A stretch of DNA of 64,000 nt. Origin: Candidatus Anderseniibacteriota bacterium. GTDB lineage: Bacteria; Patescibacteriota; JAUYIX01. The notes under the pieces are model-generated. The model was not told the DNA's origin. It worked only from the letters and a program-made list of their open reading frames with translations, and searched no databases. The DNA is taken from contig JAXLZN010000001.1 of the NCBI GenBank assembly GCA_046350905.1, positions 1,220 through 65,219 of the forward strand, read 5' to 3'. The position numbers and the translations under genes were made by a program. Within the stretch, counting starts at the first letter, position 1. Each line of letters begins with the position of its first letter. This document shows, in pieces, positions 19,639 through 29,547 of this stretch.

Positions 19639-19832
19639 CGTCAAATTGACGAGGACTTGTCAACACGCTACCAGTTACACGTAGGCTACAGCCAGTGCGT
19701 AAAGAAGAGGTCAAAGCGAACGCCCGGTGCGTAGCGCCGGATCCAGGTCAGCATCGGTAGGCCTTTGGCATCGAGGGCGAGCGTCGGCCAGCCGTCGTCG
19801 GTCGTTGGGAATTTTTGGCATATGGGTAGTAC

Positions 19833-20099
19833 CTACGGTATGCCCGACCGCATCAAGGTAAGCTTTTCTTGGCGAGAGAGCGCTTTTATTTGGCGTTCAC
19901 GATGCAGCGCAGCTTTTTTTGACGGACACGGCTGGACGTACACCAACGTAACCGGCAAACGCGAGCGCGTGTACTTGGCACCCGTACCAGCATTGTGCTG
20001 CGCGACGCGCTTGGGCACATCAACCGTCCAGCCGGTGTAGAGCGAACCATCGCTGCAGCGGACTACGTAGACAAAGTGTACGGGCATTAGGTCGATCAA
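19833..20099 (-). CDS. GIY-YIG nuclease superfamily protein (small YhbQ/UPF0213-like)
   Basis: 88 aa. HFVYVVRCSDGSLYTGWTVDVPKRVAQHN..R.LP..LVY........A...E.QIK is the GIY-YIG core. The ORF starts 4 nt after the tRNA-Asn 3' end. Confidence 0.8.
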   Translation of the reverse strand: MIDLMPVHFVYVVRCSDGSLYTGWTVDVPKRVAQHNAGTGAKYTRSRLPVTLVYVQPCPSKKAALHRERQIKALSRQEKLTLMRSGIP

Positions 20100-20102
20100 T
20101 TC

Positions 20103-20384
20103 CTGGCTCCGGGGGTGGGGGTCGAACCCACGACCTTCTCCTTACACGTATCCCAGGGTTTCCCGTGGGCGTGGACTATATCTTTGCCGTAACCCGTTGA
20201 GGTTGTAGGCACCTTGGTATCTAGTCTCTACGGAGCTCCCTCGCGAGAGGGTTCCCACGGTGTCGCCATTGCTGCCGTTGCCGGCTGCGGAAGGGTTCAC
20301 CGTTATCCCAAGATTGTTCATCGCACGGTTTCCCGCACGAGCTGCCAAGTGACAGGGAGCTGCTCTACCGCTGAGCTACCCCGG
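20103..20384 (-). tRNA. tRNA-Asn(GUU), interrupted by a group I intron; CCA encoded
   Basis: 5' exon 20384->20351: TCCGGGGTAGCTCAGCGGTAGAGCAGCTCCCTGT. 3' exon 20143->20103: TAAGGAGAAGGTCGTGGGTTCGACCCCCACCCCCGGAGCCA. Joined they give a 75-nt cloverleaf with anticodon loop CUGUUAA and G73. Confidence 0.8.
20144..20350 (-). ncRNA. group I intron (207 nt, ORF-less) in tRNA anticodon loop
   Basis: Core elements on the minus strand: GTGCGGGAAACC (P-like, 20337-20326), TCCGCAGCC (Q-like, 20290-20282), GTAGAGACTAGA (R-like, 20230-20219), AAGATATAGTCC (S, exact consensus, within 20184-20171). P1 pairs CUGU|C with GGCAG and has a U.G at the splice site. The terminal nucleotide is G. Confidence 0.85.
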
Positions 20385-20395
20385 AACGCCACGGC

Positions 20396-20423
20396 GATCC
20401 TACACGGATTAACGCGATTTTCA
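20396..20423 (-). promoter_or_regulatory. promoter candidate for the tRNA-Asn gene
   Basis: Minus strand: TTGAAA (20423-20418), 16-nt spacer, TAGGAT (20401-20396). It lies 11 nt upstream of the mature tRNA 5' end. Confidence 0.45.
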
Positions 20424-20430
20424 ATAGCGC

Positions 20431-21478
20431 CTAGCGCTGCGCAGCCATGCGGGCAAGGGCGCGAACCACATCGTAGGCGACCTGCCGTGGCTGACCCGAG
20501 ACCGGGTAGTGGTGCGGGAGGATTGTGGGCGGGCTGTTGACCTCGACCACGACCGGTCGCGCGGCACGCTGCGTGCGGCCGGCGATGTTTTCGGTGAGGA
20601 TGTCGACGCCCGCGATGGCCAAGCCGGCCGCACGCGCCGTTCGCTCCACCAGCTTTTTGATGTAGGGCGAGGTCTGGTCGGTCACGTCCTCACTCCAGGC
20701 GCCCATCGAGCCGTTGGCGTTGGACCGGACCTGCACGGCACGCCCGGCGGCGGGCACCGAGTCGAGCGTCAGCTTGGCCCGGTTGAGCATGCGCTGGAAC
20801 TCGCGGTCGACCTCGAACGGACCGAGCAGCCTGGTCTGGCGCCGCGCCCGGCGGTTGTGGTCCTCGATCAGGTCGCCGACGGTGGAGTGGCCGTCACCGA
20901 CGATGCGCGGGTGGTAGCGGCGTGCCACGGCCAGACATTTGCCGTTGAGCACAAAGCAGCGGTGGTCCAGCCCGGGGTGGTGCCGCTGCACGACAAAGCG
21001 CTTGTTGCGCGCCTTGCGACGGATGAACTCAAAGGCGTGCTCGTAGGCAGCGCGCAGCTCTTCGTCGGTCTGGATGTCAGCCGCTACGCCGCTCCCTGCG
21101 AACCCCGGTCGGGCTTGACGACCACCGCGCGCTTTGGAAAGCCGAGCTTGCGCGCCGCCACCCGAATCTCCTCCCAGCTGCGCGCCAGGTCTCCGGCACC
21201 GGGGCGCCCAAGTCCGAGAGCAGGATGTGCGCCAGCCACTTGTGCTCAAAGATCCAGTCGGTGGCGCGGTCGTTGAGCGGCAGGATCTCCTTGTGCACGT
21301 AGACCCGGTGCTGTCCCCGCCCAAAGGCCATCAGGCTCTCGTTGTAGTCGAGCACCTCGACCGGTACCCCCAGTCGCTTAGCCGCGAACAGCAGCACCTG
21401 GTTGGCGATGTAGAGCCGGGCGTTGGGACCCGTACGGTAGGGCGGCATCGGGATGGGGACCATGCTGCGGCGAGCCAT
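20431..21478 (-). pseudogene. ATP-grasp ligase (cyanophycin-synthetase N-domain / RimK-like), two frame breaks at 21085-21190
   Basis: ORFs 21077..21478 and 20431..21324 plus a third-frame bridge SWEEIRVAARKLGFPKRAVVVKPDRGSQGA. ATP-grasp motifs: VVKPDRGSQGAGV and SNANGSMGAWSEDVTDQTSP (CphA-like NxSxGG..DVTD..HP). Confidence 0.7.
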
Positions 21479-21479
21479 G

Positions 21480-23236
21480 CTAGGTCGCGCTACGTTCGCT
21501 ACGGAGCGCCAACAGAAAGGGCGGCGGCTCGCGGTGGCCGTGGCGGCGGAGGGTTGCAGCGAACGCCGGCGTGACCTTGCCGACCATCAGCTCGTTGAGG
21601 ACATCCAGAATCGTCTGGGCCACGGTGAGTTGCGGGATCGTAGCACGGCGCCGGGAGCGCACAAGCTGCCGGACGAGACGGCGGGCCACCTCGCGCGCTA
21701 GCCAGGCTTCGAGCCGCTTGATGCCGCGGTAGTAGGCAGCGTCCCGCAGGTTGACGTTGCGCGGCCGGCGGCGGCCGTCGGTCATGCGCACCAGCCGGCG
21801 GATCGTTTCGTAGAGTTCGTCGGCGGGCGGGCCGAACTGCGCGCACAGGTCGTAGATCTCCTGCCAGGAGTAGCGCGGCACGCGGCGCGCCCCGCCGCGT
21901 GCCGCGCGAGTCTGCATCGCCAGGTTGGCGGCGTAGTAGCCGAGGGCGTGGCTCTCGCGCCGGTGGTGCGACGCTCGGTCACGGCGAGGCGTTCGAGCAG
22001 CGAGGCGAGCCCCTCCTCGTAGTCGAGGCTGCCGCGCACACCCGTCGCCAGGATGGCAAAGGGTCCCCGCCGGCCGGCCTCGGCACGCAGGATGTGCGAG
22101 AGCTCGTGGAGGCCGAGGTCGAGGTAGCGGTCCTGCATCGAGAGCAGGGGCGGGTCGCCGGGGAGCTCGAGCAGGAGGACGCGGCGCTGCTCAGGCTGCA
22201 CGACGATCGAGGCGCTGGCGTAGGGCGACACGTCGACGCTCCACCCCACGCTGGCAGGCTGGTCGGGACGACGGAGGGGCAACCCCAGACGCTTGAGGTT
22301 GGCGCGAACGACGCGCGCGGCTTGGCTGGCGCGCAGGGTTTTGTGGAGCGGCCGCTGGGCGAGGTAGGGCACGTGCGCACCATCTGCAGCCCGAAAGACC
22401 GCCGCCAGCAGCCGCGCGCGGAGCCGCTCGGCCGCACCAGCAGGTGCTCGTGCGCTGAGTTCGTCGACGAGGTGGAGCGCGGCCGTCCCGTGCGTCGTGT
22501 GCGGCAGCCTGCGGAGGCGTTGCGCCGCTACGGCGTATACGCGCGCCGGCAGCAGCCGGCGCCAGCGGGCGAGGAGCTGGCGGCGCACCGCTGGTGTCAG
22601 TGGGAGGCTCGCCAGGACGCGACGCTGAAACGCCACGAGTTCGTCTTGGGCAGCGGCGGCAAACTCGAGCTCACCCTCGCCGGGGCCGTGGTAGAGCGCC
22701 CAGAGCTCGCGTCCAGCCGCGGGCGTGCCGCGGGCGAGGGCGACCCGCAGCTCGTGAGCGCCGGTCAGGTACTCCGCGAGTACGTACGGCGGGATGGTGC
22801 GGAGCTGCCCGCGGTGCTGGTCGCGATGGAGCTCCCTCGTACGCCGCTCGAGCATGGCGAGGCTGGTCCGCAAGGCGCGTCGGTCCAGCTGCAGGAGGTA
22901 GCGCGGTCGGCTGCGCCGGAGCAGCGCATCCGCCGTACCAGCCTCGAGCGCACGGCGCAGCCGACGCCCGTAGGGCACAGTAAAGTTGCTCGCCGGGAGC
23001 CAGGAGCTCGGGGTGGGCTGGTGCAGGTAGCCGTTGAGCCAGCGGTCGGGTTGCTCGGTTCGCCGCAGCGTCGCACGCGGGCTGCGCACAAAGGTGATGC
23101 GGCCGTGCAGGTACGCAAGACCTGCGCTCAGTACGCCTGCCACGTCAGGTGCTGCCACTGTTGACAGTAGCGTAGCACCCCGCGCGGGTGGGTGTGGTAG
23201 GATTTGGGCACTTACCCGGTAACCAAAGGGAATCAC
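21480..23236 (-). pseudogene. DUF1704 / MATCAP-like zinc metallopeptidase (QEGLA-motif family), one frame break near 21950
   Basis: HExxH in DLGLHELSHILRAE and EGLA in SLDYEEGLASLLERL. The C-terminal part continues in ORF 21480..21917 (..RVPRYSWQEIYDLCAQFG..). Its stop is 1 nt from the ATP-grasp start. Confidence 0.65.
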
Positions 23237-23239
23237 TAT

Positions 23240-24865
23240 ATGAGGCGTCTACGCCCTCTTTCGTTCCTGCTCGCCCTAGCGACTACGCTGTGGACGGGAG
23301 GTTTTTCGTACCTACAGTTCGCGCCTGTCGCGAACGCTGCCGCACCGGCAGATAGCAGCCTGCAGGTCCTCGGCTCGCCCGAGTCGCTGCTGCAAGCTGG
23401 TCCAGCTTTGACTGGCTCAGACCTGAAGAGCAACGGCCAGGCCTTCAAGGACGCGGTTGCTGCAGACCGCGCCAAGCTGCAGACCAAGAGCGTGCAGGGC
23501 TCATCGGTCAACGGCAAGGACGTGACCATGGCCCCGAGCATCAGCGAGAACACCATCGCGGTGCTCCCCGCAACTATGTCGGCTCTCGACAGCTGGGACG
23601 GCGTCACGGTCGAACGTAACGACGCGAGCGGTCGACGCTACGTGGCCTGGATTGATGGTCGCGATGCGGCTTCGGCTGGTCTGTCATCGATCTACTTCAG
23701 CCGCTCGACCGATAACGGCGCGACCTGGAGCAGCCCGGTCCGCGCGGACAACCCCGCCGGTGGTCCGGCCTACGTCTGGCTCGGCCTCAACCTGGTAGCT
23801 GACCAGCAGGGCCACCTCGTGTTGGTGTGGGATGACTACCGCACCCTCGGTACAGGCGGTGGCGTCGCGCAAGTCTTCTACAGCCGTTCGAGTGACGCGG
23901 GGCAAACCTGGACGACACCGACGGCCCTGACGACGGATAGCCGCGTCTCGGTCTTCGCGCCGTACATCAACGGTACGATGGACAGCGACGGCAACACCAA
24001 CATTTTCTGGAGCGACGTGCGCACAGGCACTGCATTTGGTCCGGTCCGCGTCTACAGCATCCACTCGGGCAACCGTGGGACGAGCTGGGACCTCAACCAG
24101 ATCATCGACGATTCGGCTGGTACCGGGGCCGACTTTGCGCAGCGTGCAGCCCTCGGTAAAAACGGTGAGGTCATGGTGGGCTGGGACAGCAACCGTGCGG
24201 GCGGCTCGGGTGAGGACTTCATCCTGGCACGTTCGACCAACGGTGGTACCTCGTTTGCCGCAGACGTCATGATCAACCAGTACGCTGCCGGAACGATCAA
24301 CCTCGACCGGCTGCACCTCTGCTCAGACAGCCACGGCCAGGTGCTGGCAGCCTGGATGGGCGACGACCCGTCAACCTCTGACCCCGGCACGATCTACACA
24401 CGCACCTCGGCAGATTTTGGTGCCACCTGGTCAGCAACCAGCCCTGTGCTTACGACGAACGCTGACTTGGTCGACCCGACGCCGGCCGCCTGTGCGTTTG
24501 GCAGCACCCACATGGCAGTGGGCTGGCAGGACAAGACCAACAACGCCCTCAACGTAGCCTCGAGCAACGACGGTGGCGCCAACTGGTCTATCCAGGGTGT
24601 CGAACGCGACGTTCCTCTTGGATGCTGCGACGCTGACGAATTCTTGCTCGGCGTCGACAACGCCGGTCGCGTGCTTGCTGTCTGGACCGACAGCCGCAAC
24701 GGCACCAACGACGTGTTCGTCAACTACTCACTGGATGGCGGTACGACCTGGCAGACGGCCGACTTTAAGGCCACCAACCAAGTTCCGTCTGGCTCGAGCA
24801 CGGTCGTCCTCGGCAACGCCAGTTTCTCTCTGGCCCAGGGCAACCCCGACGCTACCGGCGCCTGA
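23240..24865 (+). CDS. secreted BNR/Asp-box repeat beta-propeller protein
   Basis: Signal peptide MRRLRPLSFLLALATTLWTGG. Six or more Asp-boxes: SRSTDNGATWS, SRSSDAGQTWT, RSTNGGTSF, TSADFGATWS, SSNDGGANWS, YSLDGGTTWQ. An SD-like AAAGGGA precedes ATG 23240. Confidence 0.8.
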   Translation: MRRLRPLSFLLALATTLWTGGFSYLQFAPVANAAAPADSSLQVLGSPESLLQAGPALTGSDLKSNGQAFKDAVAADRAKLQTKSVQGSSVNGKDVTMAPSISENTIAVLPATMSALDSWDGVTVERNDASGRRYVAWIDGRDAASAGLSSIYFSRSTDNGATWSSPVRADNPAGGPAYVWLGLNLVADQQGHLVLVWDDYRTLGTGGGVAQVFYSRSSDAGQTWTTPTALTTDSRVSVFAPYINGTMDSDGNTNIFWSDVRTGTAFGPVRVYSIHSGNRGTSWDLNQIIDDSAGTGADFAQRAALGKNGEVMVGWDSNRAGGSGEDFILARSTNGGTSFAADVMINQYAAGTINLDRLHLCSDSHGQVLAAWMGDDPSTSDPGTIYTRTSADFGATWSATSPVLTTNADLVDPTPAACAFGSTHMAVGWQDKTNNALNVASSNDGGANWSIQGVERDVPLGCCDADEFLLGVDNAGRVLAVWTDSRNGTNDVFVNYSLDGGTTWQTADFKATNQVPSGSSTVVLGNASFSLAQGNPDATGA

Positions 24866-24986
24866 CGTTCAACATGAACTACTACGACCTGCGCGCAGGC
24901 GCGTGGCCTGTACTCCGGCCGCGTGACCTTCACCGGCAGCAAGAGCAACCTGCAGCGCCTCCTCGAGCGATCGCTACAAGACCGGC

Positions 24987-25916
24987 GTGGCAGTCGCGCA
25001 GAACCAGTTCCCGACCGCAGGAACGGTCTCGGGGGCGGTCTTTGCCACCGGTGAGAACTTCCCAGACGGCCTCTCCTCGACCTCGCTCGCCGCGATGGTC
25101 AACGGACCGGTCTTCTTGGTTAAGCACAACTCGCTGCCCTCAGAGGTTGCAGCGGAGTTCCTGCGTGAGTACGACAAGAAGACGGACGCCGGCACCGACG
25201 CCTACGTGGTCGGTGGTACCTCCGCGGTCAGTACGAGCGTCGAGAACGCCATTAAGGCGCTCGACCCCTCGATCAACCTCAAGCGTCTCTCTGGCAGCAA
25301 CCGCAAGAAGACCGCAGTGGCGGTTGCCAAGGAAGAGGACGTGCTGCGCGGCTCGACCCCCAAGCAGGCCATCATGGCCAACGCGGGTGGCTTTGCGGAC
25401 GCCCTGACCGGTGGTGCCATTGCCGGCAACACCGGCATCCAGAACGACCTGATGCCGGTCCTCTTGACCGACACGGGCTCGCTCGACCCTGACACCAAGG
25501 CCTACCTGTCCTCGATCGCCAGTACGCTGACCCAGCTCCACATCATCGGTGGTACCTCAGCAGTCTCGTCTGCGACGGCGACTGCCGCTGACGCAGTGGT
25601 TGCAACGGTGGTCCGCCACGCTGGTGGCAACCGCTACAGCACGGCGACGCAGGCAGCTTCGGACTTCTTCAAGGGCAGCTTGGCGCCGCAGAAGTTCGGC
25701 CTAGCGAGCGGGACCAACTTCCCCGACTCGCTGACCGGTGGCCTGTGGGCAGCCCTGCACCTCTCGCCGCTGCTCCTCAGCGACCCGAGCACCTTGAGCA
25801 GCGAGACCTCGACGTACCTCACCGCTAACGCCGGCACGATTGATAGCGGCGCAGCCTTCGGTGGGACGTCAGCGCTCAAGCAAGCAGTCCTCGACGCAGC
25901 CTCTGCGCTCTACTAG
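24987..25916 (+). CDS. triple CWB2 (cell wall binding repeat 2) domain protein; probably the C-terminus of the BNR protein
   Basis: Three repeats with GENFPDGLSSTSLAAMVNGPVFLV, GGFADALTGGAIAG..MPVLLT and GTNFPDSLTGGLWAALHLSPLLLS. There is no signal peptide of its own. See the finding on the 24860-24975 frame breaks. Confidence 0.75.
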   Translation: MAVAQNQFPTAGTVSGAVFATGENFPDGLSSTSLAAMVNGPVFLVKHNSLPSEVAAEFLREYDKKTDAGTDAYVVGGTSAVSTSVENAIKALDPSINLKRLSGSNRKKTAVAVAKEEDVLRGSTPKQAIMANAGGFADALTGGAIAGNTGIQNDLMPVLLTDTGSLDPDTKAYLSSIASTLTQLHIIGGTSAVSSATATAADAVVATVVRHAGGNRYSTATQAASDFFKGSLAPQKFGLASGTNFPDSLTGGLWAALHLSPLLLSDPSTLSSETSTYLTANAGTIDSGAAFGGTSALKQAVLDAASALY

Positions 25917-25951
25917 CGCGGCGTCGAGCTCCGGCTCCAACCGGAACGAAC

Positions 25952-25982
25952 AGAGGGCTCCCATCCGGGAGCCCTCTTTGTT
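25952..25982. terminator. bidirectional intrinsic terminator
   Basis: Perfect 11-bp stem AGAGGGCTCCC / GGGAGCCCTCT with a 4-nt loop, followed by TTGTT. It lies between the convergent CWB2 gene and rpoD. Confidence 0.65.
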
Positions 25983-26001
25983 CGCGGAAGCAAAGCCGAA
26001 G

Positions 26002-27222
<1,221 letters not shown>

Positions 27223-27237
27223 GACCCGCGAATGCTA

Positions 27238-29049
27238 CTACGAAGCGGCTTGCGCTTCCACTGTGGCTTCGAGCGCGGTCAGCGCGGCCGTCTTGGCGAC
27301 GAACTGCTGCTGCAGCACGTGAGCCGCGTCACCGGTCGCGTAGGCAGCCTTGCGGTGCAGGTCGGTGAGTTCGCGCCGGAGGACCTCGCGGGCCACGAGC
27401 GTCACGAGCGAACGCAGCTCCGTCGCACCCACGAGCTCGTCGCCCACCTCGCGCTCACGGTCGAGGGTAAAGAGCTCGCGGTCAACCAGCGCACGCATGT
27501 CGTCGTCGAGCCCGCTGAGCACCGTCGCGGCTTCGGTGGCGGGGCCGGCTGCGCACCGCTCGAGCACCGCCCGGACTGAGGCCACGCTCGGCGACTCGAT
27601 TGCGCGCAGCGGTGCAACGTCCTCCTCCGTGACCGTGGAGCGAACCCCCACCGCCACCAGCCGCGCCAGCCGCTTCTTGAACGGGTCGACCGGTGCGGTT
27701 GCCGACGCGGGCGTTTCAGCCGGTGCGGCTGGCGCGCCCGTCGAGGCTGCGCGTGGCCGGGCGCGGTCGAGCGCGCGGCGCAGCACCACCTCGTCGACGC
27801 CGAGCAGGTGGCCGAGCTTCTGTAGGTAGTGCGCCTGCTCGACGGGGTCCTGCAGCCGCGCTACCTCGGGCAAGACCGCGCGCGCCACGGCTTTCTTGTG
27901 CTCCACCTGGGTCAGGTCGCGGTTCGCGGAAGATTGCCGTAGGTAGTAGGCCACGATGGCCTCGCTCTCGTTGATGGCACGGCCCCACTCCTTGGGACGC
28001 TCGCGGCAGAGGTCGTCTGGGTCGACGCCCGGCGGCAGCTTGGCGACCTTGACGTTGAAGCCGCTCGCGATGGCGAGGTCGATGCCGCGCTTGGTGGCGT
28101 TGGCGCCAGCCATGTCGACGTCAAAGGCCAGGACGAGGTTGCTCGTGTAGCGGTGCAGCAAGCTGAGGTGCTCAGGCGTGAGGGCCGTTCCACTCGTCGC
28201 GACCACGTTGGTCACGCCCACGCGGTGCGAACTGACCGCGTCCATCTGCCCCTCGACCAAGATCGCAAACCCGCGCTTGCGGATTTCACCCTTGGCGTGG
28301 TTGAGGGCAAAGAGGAACCGTCCTTTGCGGTACACCTCGGTCTCGGGCGAGTTGATGTACTTGCCCATGGTTTCGTTGGGGTCGAGCGCGCGAGCGGAAA
28401 AGCCCACCACGCGGCCGACCACGTCGACGAGCGGAAAGGTGAGCCGGTTGCGGAAGCGGTCGTAGACCCCGTGCTTGGGCGGCGGCCGGCGTACGGCCAG
28501 GCCGGCCGCCGCCAGTTCGTTCTCGGTAAAGCCCTGCTTGGTCAGCGCCACGGTCAGCGCGTCCCAGGCTGCGGGCGCAAACCCGACGTGGAACAAGTCG
28601 CGCGTCAGGTCGTCCAGCTTGCGACGGGCAAGCTCCGCGCGAGCGTGGGCCGCCTCCGGCGTCGCCGCCCGCAGCTGCTCCTCAAAAAACTTCACCGCAG
28701 CTTCGTTGGCAGCAAACAGCCGTGCGCTCCGGCTGGCACGCTCCTTGTCGCGCGGCTCAAACTTGGGCAGCTCGACCCCCGCTTTCTTGGCGAGCAGCTC
28801 GAGGGCCTCCCGAAAGTCGAGCCCCTCCATCTCCATCACAAAGCTAAAGATGTCGCCGCCCTTGGCGCAGCCAAAGCAGTGCCAGGTTCGCCGCTCGGGG
28901 CTGACCATGAAGGAGGGCGTTTTTTCGTTGTGGAAGGGGCAGAGCGCCTTAAAGTTGACACCTGCTCGCCGCAGGGTCAGGTAGTTGCCGAGGAGCTGCT
29001 CGACCGGCAGGCGATCTTTAATGTCCGCAACGGGATCGAGGCTCGGCAT
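27238..29049 (-). CDS. dnaG: DNA primase
   Basis: CHC2 zinc finger CPFHNEKTPSFMVSPERRTWHCFGCAKGGD. TOPRIM region AILVEGQMDAVS and LAFDVDMAG. Confidence 0.9.
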   Translation of the reverse strand: MPSLDPVADIKDRLPVEQLLGNYLTLRRAGVNFKALCPFHNEKTPSFMVSPERRTWHCFGCAKGGDIFSFVMEMEGLDFREALELLAKKAGVELPKFEPRDKERASRSARLFAANEAAVKFFEEQLRAATPEAAHARAELARRKLDDLTRDLFHVGFAPAAWDALTVALTKQGFTENELAAAGLAVRRPPPKHGVYDRFRNRLTFPLVDVVGRVVGFSARALDPNETMGKYINSPETEVYRKGRFLFALNHAKGEIRKRGFAILVEGQMDAVSSHRVGVTNVVATSGTALTPEHLSLLHRYTSNLVLAFDVDMAGANATKRGIDLAIASGFNVKVAKLPPGVDPDDLCRERPKEWGRAINESEAIVAYYLRQSSANRDLTQVEHKKAVARAVLPEVARLQDPVEQAHYLQKLGHLLGVDEVVLRRALDRARPRAASTGAPAAPAETPASATAPVDPFKKRLARLVAVGVRSTVTEEDVAPLRAIESPSVASVRAVLERCAAGPATEAATVLSGLDDDMRALVDRELFTLDREREVGDELVGATELRSLVTLVAREVLRRELTDLHRKAAYATGDAAHVLQQQFVAKTAALTALEATVEAQAAS

Positions 29050-29139
29050 GGCCAGCCACCATACTACGCGCTCGGCAGTGTGGAAAATTTCACTAGATCT
29101 TCTCGGGCGGTGTGCTAGGCTGGTTCGTACCGTTAGTTT

Positions 29140-29541
29140 TTGAACCCCGTGGCAGCAGTACGAGGTGCGCTATTTATTGTGATCTTTGCCCTGCTGGTGG
29201 TCCTGCTCTGGACCAAGCTCCCGCAGGTGCTGGGGACCGTCAACAGAGACGGTGTACTCCCGGCGTCGATCGTGACCGGCTACACTTCCACCAACCAGGG
29301 GCGAACCATCACCTACCGCGGCAAGGACGGTGCCACGGCCCTGAACCTGCTGGCCATGTCTGCCAAGGTGCAGACCGTGCACCACTCGCCCACGCAGGTC
29401 GTCAGCATCGACGGCCACGCCGCCGGCAACGGGCAGCACTGGATCTACACCGTGGACGGCTTTGCCCAGGCTGCCGCGCCCGATACGTTTGTCACGCACG
29501 ACGGCCAGACCATCGTCTGGCAGCTCCAGCCCGAGCGCTAG
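29140..29541 (+). CDS. membrane-anchored DUF4430-like protein
   Basis: N-terminal TM segment, then GATALNLLA..VVSIDG..G.HWIYTVDG......THDGQTIVWQL, which fits the DUF4430 pattern. Alternative start codon; the exact start is uncertain. Confidence 0.5.
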   Translation: MNPVAAVRGALFIVIFALLVVLLWTKLPQVLGTVNRDGVLPASIVTGYTSTNQGRTITYRGKDGATALNLLAMSAKVQTVHHSPTQVVSIDGHAAGNGQHWIYTVDGFAQAAAPDTFVTHDGQTIVWQLQPER

Positions 29542-29547
29542 CGGGCG

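Noticed and set aside
19686-19835. Possible stop-codon reassignment or read-through, because the frame stays open after the TAG of the GIY-YIG gene.
   Set aside because: TAG, TGA and TAA all terminate well-conserved genes here at the expected positions (typA, groEL, dnaG and rpoD end in TAG; msrB ends in TGA; the response regulator ends in TAA). A changed genetic code is therefore not supported.
24874-25407. 177-aa ORF starting MNYYDLRAGAW as a gene.
   Set aside because: Only its first ~10 codons fit the linker between the BNR and CWB2 domains. The rest is Arg/Pro/Ser-rich out-of-frame translation of the CWB2 gene.
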